Positions 33,034 through 41,893 of a DNA stretch of 42,822 bases are shown here, in pieces. Position numbers and translations under genes: made by a program. The notes under the pieces were generated by a model. That model saw only the letters and a list, made by a program, of their open reading frames with translations, had not been told where the DNA came from and searched no databases. The number at the start of each line of letters is the position of its first letter. The first letter of the stretch is position 1. Source of the DNA: Anaerolineales bacterium (GTDB taxonomy: Bacteria; Chloroflexota; Anaerolineae; Anaerolineales; UBA4823); the NCBI GenBank assembly GCA_036507795.1, contig DATCIL010000401.1, positions 1 to 42,822 on the forward strand, given 5' to 3'.

Positions 33034-34569
33034 ATGATCGCAGACCAGCTTTTTAATCGCTTCGAAATGCGCGCTGAGATTGGATATGGGGGGATGGCGC
33101 GAGTGTATCAGGCTTACGATCCCCAAGCCGATCGCCTGGTTGCCATCAAGGTGCTGCCGCCTGAATATCTAAACGACCTGGGATTTCGAGCCCGATTCAT
33201 GCGCGAGGCGGAGCTGATTGCCGCTCTGGAGCATAAGGCCATCGTTCCAGTGTATGAATATGGCACCCATGAGGGCCAACCCTACATCGTCATGCAGTAT
33301 ATGCCCAGGGGTTCTCTGGCAGAAAGGCTTTTACAAGGTCCGTTTTCTCCTGAAGAGACCTTGCGCGTGCTGACCCGCGTCGCTGCCGCACTCGATTACG
33401 CTCATCATCAGGGCGTTATTCACCGCGATCTAAAAACCAGCAATATCCTTTTTGATCGGGAATTCGAGGCCTATCTCGCCGACTTTGGCATTGCGCTCCG
33501 GTCTGAATCGACCTGGCACAGGAATATAGCCATCAGCGGCACCCCGGCCTATATGAGCCCGGAACAAGGTCTACGCGAAGAGAATATTGATAGTCGTAGT
33601 GATATCTATTCTCTCGGGGTGATTGTGTTTGAAATGCTGACCGGTCAGCTACCATTCATTGGGGATATTCCCTTGTCAATCGTCCTCAAGCACATCCACG
33701 ATCCCTCCCCATCGATAGGATCTATTAACCCCGACCTGCCTGCTGCCCTCGATCCGGTCTTGCAGCGCGCCATGGCAAAAATACCTGATGAGCGCTATCC
33801 TTCAGCACAGGCGTTTGTGGATGATTACAATCGTGCCCTTCGAGGGGCAGCAGGTGGATCCCAGGTGGATGGCGTCCAAAATGAACCGGTTATACATAGG
33901 GAGTCAACCGGGGAGATTGAGGATGTTGAAGTGGAAGCGCAGTTTGAAACAGAACTTAACGCTGATCGGCCATATAAACCTGTATTTCCTGAACTGACTC
34001 TCCGGAAGGTTGGGGACCCGGTTGATTCTCCCGTACTGAGTTGGGAGGGAAGATATACTTTTGCGCTGGCTCTGGTCACATGGCTAGGGGTCTTTCTGGC
34101 AGCTGTCACCGTAGCATTCACACGCGGACCAGATTTGATGCCCCCCGCGAATATGCGGCTGGTCTATGACGAATCGGCGGTTGCTGTTACGAATATATCT
34201 GATGAATCAATCAGTTTTGCCAACCTTAATTTCGAACGGCTCTCCGATCAGGGAGAAGTCACCGCTGCATTTGGGGCCGAGCAGTGGGAGCAATTGAACT
34301 TATCCGTTGAAGGGCTTGCGAACGGCAACTGCTTGCAGTTGCTGCGTGCCGAGGCGACGGATCTTGAATTAATTCCAGGCAAAGCCCCTGCTAAACCGGC
34401 AGATTGTGATGTTTCCCAGGCATGGTTGATCGCTCAAAACCAGGCATGGTATTTTTGGTTGCCAGATCGCCGGAGCTCTCGATTCCGCGTTGTCCTGGAT
34501 GAGCAGGTAGTACGCACCTGCGACATCGCTGATGCCAGTTGCGAATTCTATTTGCCTCAGGATAAATAG
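33034..34569 (+). CDS. Hanks-type Ser/Thr protein kinase (predicted active) with one TM segment and a ~145-aa Cys-containing extracytoplasmic domain
   Basis: IGYGGMARVY (G-loop), VAIKVL, HRDLKTSNILF, DFGIA, GTPAYMSPEQ, and the TM segment FALALVTWLGVFLAAVTVAF. Confidence 0.92.
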   Translation: MIADQLFNRFEMRAEIGYGGMARVYQAYDPQADRLVAIKVLPPEYLNDLGFRARFMREAELIAALEHKAIVPVYEYGTHEGQPYIVMQYMPRGSLAERLLQGPFSPEETLRVLTRVAAALDYAHHQGVIHRDLKTSNILFDREFEAYLADFGIALRSESTWHRNIAISGTPAYMSPEQGLREENIDSRSDIYSLGVIVFEMLTGQLPFIGDIPLSIVLKHIHDPSPSIGSINPDLPAALDPVLQRAMAKIPDERYPSAQAFVDDYNRALRGAAGGSQVDGVQNEPVIHRESTGEIEDVEVEAQFETELNADRPYKPVFPELTLRKVGDPVDSPVLSWEGRYTFALALVTWLGVFLAAVTVAFTRGPDLMPPANMRLVYDESAVAVTNISDESISFANLNFERLSDQGEVTAAFGAEQWEQLNLSVEGLANGNCLQLLRAEATDLELIPGKAPAKPADCDVSQAWLIAQNQAWYFWLPDRRSSRFRVVLDEQVVRTCDIADASCEFYLPQDK

Positions 34570-34581
34570 AAGGGTAAACGT

Positions 34582-35064
34582 TTACAGGTTTTCGATGACC
34601 CAATCTTGGGGAAGGATGTAAGTCACCGTTGGGCTGGACGACCTTTTTTCGGGGTTAAGCGAAACTTCACCGGAGGTTGTGATTTCTAAACCCCTAGACG
34701 TCCGGATGACCTGCTCAGGGAGATCGAAAACGGCGAGGTCACATTCTCGTGATTGGAAAGCCTCCCCTTTGGTGATATCATCGATGACTTGAAACGTCAT
34801 TTCAAATGCCTGATTCTTAGCTTTGGCCTGCTCGATGGCGGCGTGGATGAAATCAGGTCCCTTATGGCGGAGGGTTTTATCAAATTCCATCAGATCAGAC
34901 ATGATCTCTGCCGCGATCTCTGGTTGGTAGATATCCGAGGCGATCAACAGTTCCCCTAAGTCGGCTGGATTGACTGAACAACCTGCCACTAACCGCAGTA
35001 AGGTCGCCTCATTGGTGAAGAAACTAATGGTTTGTTGAGTATCGATAATCGTGACTCGTATCAT
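34582..35064 (-). CDS. Hypothetical soluble protein (160 aa)
   Basis: Long ORF with protein-like composition. I recognise no motif. It is convergent with the kinase gene, with a 12-nt gap. Confidence 0.5.
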   Translation of the reverse strand: MIRVTIIDTQQTISFFTNEATLLRLVAGCSVNPADLGELLIASDIYQPEIAAEIMSDLMEFDKTLRHKGPDFIHAAIEQAKAKNQAFEMTFQVIDDITKGEAFQSRECDLAVFDLPEQVIRTSRGLEITTSGEVSLNPEKRSSSPTVTYILPQDWVIENL

Positions 35065-37036
35065 GGATAAATTTTATTTGAAATTAATGAATTCGTGGAC
35101 TTTAATTGCTCTTGTGGTATGGATCTTCGGGGTCCACCAGCCCGCACGAGCACAGAGCCACAACTATTTGCACACTGAAGACAATCGTATTTTGGATTCT
35201 AACGGCAACCAGGTTATCCTGACCGGGATCAACTGGTTCGGTCTCGAAACCGAAGCCTTCGCCCCGCACGGTCTGTGGGCGCGAAGTCTGGATAGTATTT
35301 TAGACCAGATTGTAGAATTGGGTTTCAACACCCTGCGCCTGCCCTATAGCAACCAGCTTTTTGATCCTTCCAGTGCTCCCAACGGCATCAATTATGACCT
35401 TAATCCGGATCTGGAGGGATTGAGCGGGCTTGAAATTATGGACAGGATTATCGACGGGGCCGGAGAACGCGGCTTAAAAGTGATCCTCGATCGCCACCGA
35501 CCGGATAGCCACGCCCAATCAGAACTCTGGTATACACCACAGTACGATGAGGAACGTTGGATCAGCGATTGGGTCATGTTGGTCGAGCGCTATGCTAAGG
35601 ATGATACCGTGATCGGAGTTGATTTGCACAACGAGCCTCACGGGCGCGCCACCTGGGGAAGCGGCGATCCTGAGACGGACTGGCACCTGGCTGCCGAGCG
35701 CGCCGGCAGTGCCATCCTGGAAGTAAATCCCAATCTCTTAATCATCGTTGAAGGTGTCGACCAGTACCAGGGAGACTGGTATTGGTGGGGAGGCAACCTA
35801 ATGGGGGCGCGGGATCGTCCAGTGCGTTTGGATGTCCCCAATCAACTCGTGTACAGCACCCACGAGTATGGTCCAGGCGTATACCCACAACCCTGGTTTT
35901 CAGCCCCCGATTTTCCCGAAAACTTAACCGAAATTTGGGATCGCCATTGGGGCTACTTGCATAATGAGGAGATTGCACCCGTTCTCGTAGGTGAGTTTGG
36001 TGGGCGTTCGGTAGGTGATGACAACGAGGGCATCTGGCAGCGCGAATTGGTTTCATATCTGCGGGCAAACAACCTGAGCTATACCTATTGGACCTTCAAC
36101 CCTAATTCGGGTGACACCGGCGGGATTCTGCTTGACGACTGGCAAACTGTCGACCCTGACAAGCAGGCATTGCTTTCCGGATACCAATTCCCATTGATTG
36201 GAATCGAGCAGCGCGATGCTGAACCTTCTAGTCGCCTACCTGAACCTGCCCTCACACCAGATCCCACCCCAACCCAGACTCCGATTCCCGCCGCATCTGT
36301 TCTTGGAGCGCTGTCCGTGCAGTATCGAACGGCCAACCCCGACAGTCAAACCCAAGATGCAAAACCCGAATTCATCATTCATAATACGGGTAAAATCTCC
36401 GTGCCTTTGGAACACCTTGATCTTTTCTACTGGTATGAAGAACAGCCTGAGCAAACGTTGGTTTTTCATTGTGATTGGGCAGCAGTCGGCTGTGCTAACG
36501 TGTTGGGAGATTTCCATACCTCGGAGACTGGTGGAAGCTATCTGCGCATCCACTTCCGTCCTGGCTTGAAATCTCTCGACCCCGGCGAGAACAGCGGGGA
36601 AATCAAGGTGCGTTTCAACCGTGCGGACTGGTCTGCATATGATCAGTCAGTTGATTATAGTTTCTCTCCGGAAACAGAATATAAGCATTGGGAAATGGTG
36701 ACCCTCTATCTAGATGGCGAGCTCGTCTGGGGACGCGAACCAGATTGGAATGCTGAGGTGCCTTCCAGTAATACGATTACGCCAATCCCACCGACCCCAA
36801 CCGTTACCAAACCGGTGCCGGTAGCATTAGAGTCAACACAACCCGCGCCAAAACCAACCCACGGGTCCACGCCATCGCCGCATACGATTGCTCAGCGGAC
36901 ACCGCCACCATCTCGTGTCTCTGACGCAGGCGTGAGCCGCTGGCTGGTCGTCGGCCTGGCCATCGCCTCCGGTTTGGGGCTATTCGGCCTGGGTTTCCTG
37001 CTGGCTGCTTTCTGGCTGGGTCGCAGAGGTACTTGA
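35063..37036 (+). CDS. GH5 endoglucanase (cellulase) with a CBM3 module, P/T linker and C-terminal TM anchor
   Basis: Signal peptide, DLHNEPH (acid/base Glu) and VGEFGG (nucleophile Glu). The CBM3 region FHCDWAAVGC...VRFNRADWSAYDQSVDYSF closely parallels clostridial CBM3. C-terminal WLVVGLAIASGLGLFGLGFLLAAFWLGRR. An alternative start exists at 35051. Confidence 0.9.
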   Translation: MDKFYLKLMNSWTLIALVVWIFGVHQPARAQSHNYLHTEDNRILDSNGNQVILTGINWFGLETEAFAPHGLWARSLDSILDQIVELGFNTLRLPYSNQLFDPSSAPNGINYDLNPDLEGLSGLEIMDRIIDGAGERGLKVILDRHRPDSHAQSELWYTPQYDEERWISDWVMLVERYAKDDTVIGVDLHNEPHGRATWGSGDPETDWHLAAERAGSAILEVNPNLLIIVEGVDQYQGDWYWWGGNLMGARDRPVRLDVPNQLVYSTHEYGPGVYPQPWFSAPDFPENLTEIWDRHWGYLHNEEIAPVLVGEFGGRSVGDDNEGIWQRELVSYLRANNLSYTYWTFNPNSGDTGGILLDDWQTVDPDKQALLSGYQFPLIGIEQRDAEPSSRLPEPALTPDPTPTQTPIPAASVLGALSVQYRTANPDSQTQDAKPEFIIHNTGKISVPLEHLDLFYWYEEQPEQTLVFHCDWAAVGCANVLGDFHTSETGGSYLRIHFRPGLKSLDPGENSGEIKVRFNRADWSAYDQSVDYSFSPETEYKHWEMVTLYLDGELVWGREPDWNAEVPSSNTITPIPPTPTVTKPVPVALESTQPAPKPTHGSTPSPHTIAQRTPPPSRVSDAGVSRWLVVGLAIASGLGLFGLGFLLAAFWLGRRGT

Positions 37037-37040
37037 AGTC

Positions 37041-38858
37041 ATGATGGAACCAATCCTTTATTATCTCGTCATGTCTACCCTGGTCAGCTTCGCATGGCTG
37101 CTGTGGAGCGGTCATCGCCCCGAGGGAGAACGCCAGCTGGCTGGTCTGCTGCATCTGGTTGGCATTTGGTCTACGACCGCGTTGCTTTACTTCCTGTGGC
37201 AGTCAGGTTCCTCGCTTACTTTGATATTTACTGGCGCATATGCATTCCTATCCCTCCTGTTCTGGAAGTTTCAGCCAGACTGGAACACCCGCGGTCATGC
37301 TTTCCTGGCCTCCTTTGCAGCTATCCAGCTGGTCTTCCTCGGAAGGATCCTTTGGGCGATATTGTTTGGCGGCCTGGAGCCGCTGGTGGTCCTGGGGTCG
37401 TTGGTTTTGTTCTCTGCTGAGATCATTGTGGTAGTGCTGACGATATACTTCGCCTATGAAGTCCTGGACGTACTCGCACGTTTGCACTGGCAGCGCTATT
37501 TCCGGCCGCATACCTTTCCCAATGATTATTGGCCTAAGGTTTCCATACACGTTCCTGCTCACGCCGAACCGCCAGAGATGGTTATCGAAACCCTGGATTC
37601 CTTGCGCAACCTGGATTACCCAACCTATGAAGTCATCATGGTGGATGACAATACCGACGATGACGAGCTCTGGCGACCGGTGGTGGACTATTGCCACCGT
37701 TACGGCATCAAGGTCTTTCACCTGCAGAATTATCCTGGATTCAAGTCCGGTGCTTTGAATTTCGCCCTCACCCAAACGGCTCCGGATGTTGAGGTTATTG
37801 CAGTAGTTGATTCCGATTACGTGGTCAAACCTAACTTTCTACGCGAGACGGTTCCCTATTTCCATAATCCCCGCGTGGCGTTCGTGCAAACGCCGCAGGC
37901 CTTCCGCAACAGCCACGAAAATCTGTTTGCTCATTACAGTACCCTGGCGCAGCGTTTTTTCTTCGAAATCAGCATGCGTTCCCGTAACGAGCAGAACGCA
38001 ATAATCTTCGCGGGGACAATGGGGCTGATCCGCAAGCGCGTCCTCGAGCGCATCGGCGGGTGGGACGAGTGGTGCATCACCGAGGACGCGGAAGCCAGCC
38101 TGCGCATGCTGCAAAAAGGATACCAAAGCATCTACATCAACCAGCCTTATGGGCATGGCTTACTACCGACCACTTTCGAGACCACTAAGAAACAGCGTTT
38201 TCGCTGGGCATTTGGGGGCATGCAAATCCTGAAACGTTATTGGCGGCAGCTGCTCCCCTGGTCACACCTGGAGGGCAGCGGGAAGCTCACCTTCCAACAG
38301 CGTCTGAGCTACCTGATGGGCCTGTTAGGCTGGCTAAATGACTTATTAGTCCTGATTTTCACGGCTTTCCTGCTCTTGACGACCGCTGCTTTTGCCTATG
38401 GATGGCAGCTGCCCGTCCGGCAGCTGGCTGAATGGATATTGCTCGTACCGGTGCTGTCCGTCGTCACCGGGATACTACGGGTCGCCTGGGCGTTGCGATT
38501 GAGCACCGGTTGCTCCTGGCGATCGGGACTCGGCGCCTTCATTACGATGTTAGCCTTGAGCTGGACGGTTGCGCGCGCTTGTCTGTCGGCTTTTTGGAAC
38601 GACAAAGGCGCGTTCTTGCGCACACCCAAGACTGGCCTGGAATCCGATCTAAGCCGCGCCTTGAAAGCTTCCTCCTGGGAAGCGGTTCTGGGGATACTTT
38701 TGATCGCTGCAATCCCTTTCGTCCTGAATGTACGCACCAACCGCGAAGGCGTTCTCCTGGCAGCATTGCTCGGCTGGCACGCGGTCGTCTACCTGTCTGC
38801 ACTGCGCTCTTCCCTGATCGAGACCTTATCCGTTGACGAAACGGGGAGCATGCTATGA
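37041..38858 (+). CDS. Processive family-2 glycosyltransferase, cellulose-synthase-like (no PilZ domain)
   Basis: 4 N-terminal TM segments. Motifs VDDNTDD, VVDSDY (DxD), QTPQAF, ITEDAE (TED) and QRFRWAFGG (QxxRW). C-terminal TM bundle. Length is 605 aa. Confidence 0.9.
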   Translation: MMEPILYYLVMSTLVSFAWLLWSGHRPEGERQLAGLLHLVGIWSTTALLYFLWQSGSSLTLIFTGAYAFLSLLFWKFQPDWNTRGHAFLASFAAIQLVFLGRILWAILFGGLEPLVVLGSLVLFSAEIIVVVLTIYFAYEVLDVLARLHWQRYFRPHTFPNDYWPKVSIHVPAHAEPPEMVIETLDSLRNLDYPTYEVIMVDDNTDDDELWRPVVDYCHRYGIKVFHLQNYPGFKSGALNFALTQTAPDVEVIAVVDSDYVVKPNFLRETVPYFHNPRVAFVQTPQAFRNSHENLFAHYSTLAQRFFFEISMRSRNEQNAIIFAGTMGLIRKRVLERIGGWDEWCITEDAEASLRMLQKGYQSIYINQPYGHGLLPTTFETTKKQRFRWAFGGMQILKRYWRQLLPWSHLEGSGKLTFQQRLSYLMGLLGWLNDLLVLIFTAFLLLTTAAFAYGWQLPVRQLAEWILLVPVLSVVTGILRVAWALRLSTGCSWRSGLGAFITMLALSWTVARACLSAFWNDKGAFLRTPKTGLESDLSRALKASSWEAVLGILLIAAIPFVLNVRTNREGVLLAALLGWHAVVYLSALRSSLIETLSVDETGSML

Positions 38859-40684
38859 ACCGCCAGGATGCCAAGAACGCAAAGGAGACGCTAAGAAATA
38901 TTATTAATTCCCACACCTTCCTCAGCGCGCTTGGCGACCGTGCTAAATCTTTTGATATGCACCGCGCCTTGCGTGGAATCGTGCGCGATTCGTTACAGGT
39001 AGCTCTGCACCGGAAGCTGCTCGCCGCTCTGGTCGTCATAGGCGCCGGTCTGCGCCTCTACTTGATGGCGGATAAGAGCATCTGGTTGGACGAGGCCTTC
39101 AGCATCATCATCAGCCAACGCGATCTTACCGGCGTCCTCCAGATGGTCGTGCGAACGGATACACACCCACCGCTTTACTATCTGCTTCTAAAAATGTGGC
39201 TCGTTTTTGGCGACGGCGAAGATTGGGTGCGTTTGCTCTCCACACTATTCAGCCTGGCGGCCATCCCTTTGATATATAAGGTGGCTGCGGAGTTATACGA
39301 AAATAAGTGGGTAGGATTAATTGGTGCGACCATCCTGACATTATCCCCCTTCCAGGTGTGGTATGCGCAAGAAACGCGGATGTATGCCATGCTGACTTTC
39401 TTCGTGCTGTCCTCAGCCTATTTCCTCCTTCGAGGGTTGCGCGATGGGGAGCGTAAGGATTGGACCGGTTATGTGCTTACCACTATACTGGCGTTGTATA
39501 CCGACAACGGCGCGATCTGGTACGTCGCCACGATCACGATTTTCTACCTGCTATCCATCAAGCGTTTTTCGGTGCGATTCAGGCAGTGGATTTTAAGCCA
39601 GAGTGCTATTGGGCTTCTCTATCTGCCCTGGCTGCCTTTCTTTTGGCGGCAAACTCGCCAGGTGACCGAAGATTTCTGGCTGCCGGCGCCATCCTTCCAC
39701 ACTGTTCTTGATACATTCCTGGATTTCCATAGTCTCAATTTTCCCCTGATCGAACTCAGCCTGATTTATATGGCAATGATCTTCGTTTGGGCCTATATCA
39801 TTCCCAGGAAAACCTGGCAGCGGCGGTTTGCCGGCCTATGGCTGTTCGTTCCTCTGGGAATCTCGTTGCTGCTCAGCTTACGCCAGCCTATCTTCCTCAG
39901 CCGCAACCTGATCGTCGCCTCGTTAGGCTATTATTTGCTCATTGCCGGAACCATCTGGCAGTTCAAAAGCCGAAAAGCCATCCTGGCGCTCTTGCTGCCT
40001 CTGGTTGCAATGAATGTCGTTTCGATTGGCCACAATGCCTGGTATGAGGAGAAAGAGGATTGGCGCACCATAGCCGGATATGTCGCCCAGGAAATCCAAA
40101 GCAAACCGGATGGGCTGGTGGTTTTTATCCCTGGATATGCAGAACTGCCCTTTAGTTATTATTTCAGGCAATATGATGTTTCCATCCGTACCCAGGGCTA
40201 TCCCGGTGACGAAATTCTCCTTCACCCTCAACCCAGGGAGGTCGAAGATGTAAGCGCATTAATGGAGGGGATACCATATGTATGGCTGGTGGTGCGGGAG
40301 ATCGAATCAGATGATCCTGACCAGACGGTCAAAGAGTGGCTGGATAACCATGGTTATGTCCGCCAGGAGGACTTTCTCAGGAAGGATTTGAGGGTGCTGA
40401 CCTATGATCGTTGGGACAAAGCTCCGGTGAGCGCTTCTCCCGCGCCTGCCAGGAGTGGGCTGCAAGCGTACTTGCCGATCATCCACCGGGATATACAGTT
40501 GGAAACTTATATCGTTAGACCGGGAGAAACACTTCTGGAGATTGCCTTGCGATTCGATACCACGGTTCAATTTTTAATGGATGCCAACCGGCTCCAGGAC
40601 CCGCACAGCATCACTGAGGGAACAGAATTGTACGTTCCCGAGGTAGAACCAGATGATTCCAGTGCGGGGAATGAAGGACCGTAA
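38855..40684 (+). CDS. GT-C fold glycosyltransferase (GT39/GT83, ArnT/PMT-like) with a C-terminal LysM domain
   Basis: WLDEAFS and THPPLYYLLLK motifs, about 11 TM segments, then a soluble domain and the LysM YIVRPGETLLEIALRFDTTVQFLMDANRLQDPHSITEGTELYVP. The ATGA start overlaps the GT2 stop. An alternative start at 38957 would skip a repeat-derived N-terminus. Confidence 0.85.
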   Translation: MNRQDAKNAKETLRNIINSHTFLSALGDRAKSFDMHRALRGIVRDSLQVALHRKLLAALVVIGAGLRLYLMADKSIWLDEAFSIIISQRDLTGVLQMVVRTDTHPPLYYLLLKMWLVFGDGEDWVRLLSTLFSLAAIPLIYKVAAELYENKWVGLIGATILTLSPFQVWYAQETRMYAMLTFFVLSSAYFLLRGLRDGERKDWTGYVLTTILALYTDNGAIWYVATITIFYLLSIKRFSVRFRQWILSQSAIGLLYLPWLPFFWRQTRQVTEDFWLPAPSFHTVLDTFLDFHSLNFPLIELSLIYMAMIFVWAYIIPRKTWQRRFAGLWLFVPLGISLLLSLRQPIFLSRNLIVASLGYYLLIAGTIWQFKSRKAILALLLPLVAMNVVSIGHNAWYEEKEDWRTIAGYVAQEIQSKPDGLVVFIPGYAELPFSYYFRQYDVSIRTQGYPGDEILLHPQPREVEDVSALMEGIPYVWLVVREIESDDPDQTVKEWLDNHGYVRQEDFLRKDLRVLTYDRWDKAPVSASPAPARSGLQAYLPIIHRDIQLETYIVRPGETLLEIALRFDTTVQFLMDANRLQDPHSITEGTELYVPEVEPDDSSAGNEGP

Positions 40685-40700
40685 GGATAAACATGAATAT

Positions 40701-41780
40701 ATGGTAACGACAACTCCAAAAATATCACTGGATAGAGGCATCGAATTCGGTCCTGGATATCAATTGGAAATGGAGATCAGTCGAAGCCCAAGGGCTTCCG
40801 TGTATCGCGCCGAGGACCTTAAACACGATCAACCCGTGGCTCTAAAAGTGTTTCACGGGCGCTATCTTGCCGATCCTCGCTTTGCAATTCGCTTTCGGGA
40901 GCACCTTCGCAAACTGGATGAATTTTCACATGATAATCTGGTTACCATCCGGGATTACGGCCTGGACCAGGGTCACTACTTCGTGGTGATGGAATGGATG
41001 GATGGGGTCGACCTGGGCACCTATATTGCCGAACACGGTCCACTATCACCTGCTTTGACGATATACATCGCCCGCCAGGTCTGTGCTGGCTTAGGCGCGG
41101 TGCATGCGCGCGGATTGATACATCGCGGCGTCAAGCCGCAAAACATTCTCCTGCAGCCGGATGGGCGCGTTAAAGTGTCAGACGTTGGCATGACCGGGCT
41201 GCTTTCGGAGACAGGTTTATCGAAGACCAACGTGATGTTGGAAGGTGTGGGATATATATCACCTGAACAGGCGCGCGGAAAAAGTCTCGATCCGCGGTCT
41301 GACATTTACAGCCTGGGCGTCACCTTATTCGAGATGCTCACCGGACGGCTGCCTTTCGTTTCTCACGAAGCCTGGTCCATGGTGCGAATGCATGCTGGCG
41401 AAATCCCGCCTTCTCCGCGACAGCTCAATCCGCAGGTGCCTGAAGATCTGGCGAATATCGTCACCCGCGCTCTACAGAAAGACGCCAAGGCGAGGTTTCC
41501 TGGCGTAGCTGAGGTCGACGCAGCCCTGTCTGACCTTGAAGACGATTTGGACATGACTTCGGATGCTGTCCGTCCGAGACAATGGAAGTCCGTCGAAGCC
41601 GGATTAATTCCGGTTTTGAAGGAAATGCTCGAACCCCAGACGCTGAATAGCCTGCTGCGGCGTCCTTCGGAATGGCATATCGCCGGTAGAAACCTGCCAG
41701 TTTGGGTGGTCTTAGCTCTTCAATTCTTGCTTACTTTTATCCTCACTTTTGGAATTATCCTTTTATTGGCGCAAATATAA
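40701..41780 (+). CDS. Tail-anchored Hanks-kinase homolog, predicted pseudokinase
   Basis: The kinase fold is recognisable (VALKVF, SDIYSLGVTLFEMLTG). The catalytic loop reads HRGVKPQN (HRD Asp replaced by Gly, codon GGC), DFG reads DVG, and the G-loop is degenerate (ISRSPRASVY). C-terminal TM segment VWVVLALQFLLTFILTFGIILLL. Confidence 0.85.
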   Translation: MVTTTPKISLDRGIEFGPGYQLEMEISRSPRASVYRAEDLKHDQPVALKVFHGRYLADPRFAIRFREHLRKLDEFSHDNLVTIRDYGLDQGHYFVVMEWMDGVDLGTYIAEHGPLSPALTIYIARQVCAGLGAVHARGLIHRGVKPQNILLQPDGRVKVSDVGMTGLLSETGLSKTNVMLEGVGYISPEQARGKSLDPRSDIYSLGVTLFEMLTGRLPFVSHEAWSMVRMHAGEIPPSPRQLNPQVPEDLANIVTRALQKDAKARFPGVAEVDAALSDLEDDLDMTSDAVRPRQWKSVEAGLIPVLKEMLEPQTLNSLLRRPSEWHIAGRNLPVWVVLALQFLLTFILTFGIILLLAQI

Positions 41781-41825
41781 GTAGGAAGAAAATGCTAATG
41801 TGAGCATAAGATCGGAAAATGAGAC

Positions 41826-41857
41826 CGCTCGGCTGGGAGGCCTTCCGCAGCCGAGCG
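41826..41857. terminator. GC-rich stem-loop between convergent genes
   Basis: cgctcggctg / cagccgagcg form a perfect 10-bp stem with a 12-nt loop. Confidence 0.5.
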
Positions 41858-41869
41858 ATTAGGTTTCAA

Positions 41870-41889
41870 AATCTCAGGGTTTTGAGATT
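41870..41889. terminator. Second, weaker stem-loop between convergent genes
   Basis: aatctca gggttt tgagatt gives a 7-bp stem in an A/T-rich context (ttt within the loop). Confidence 0.35.
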
Positions 41890-41893
41890 GCTG

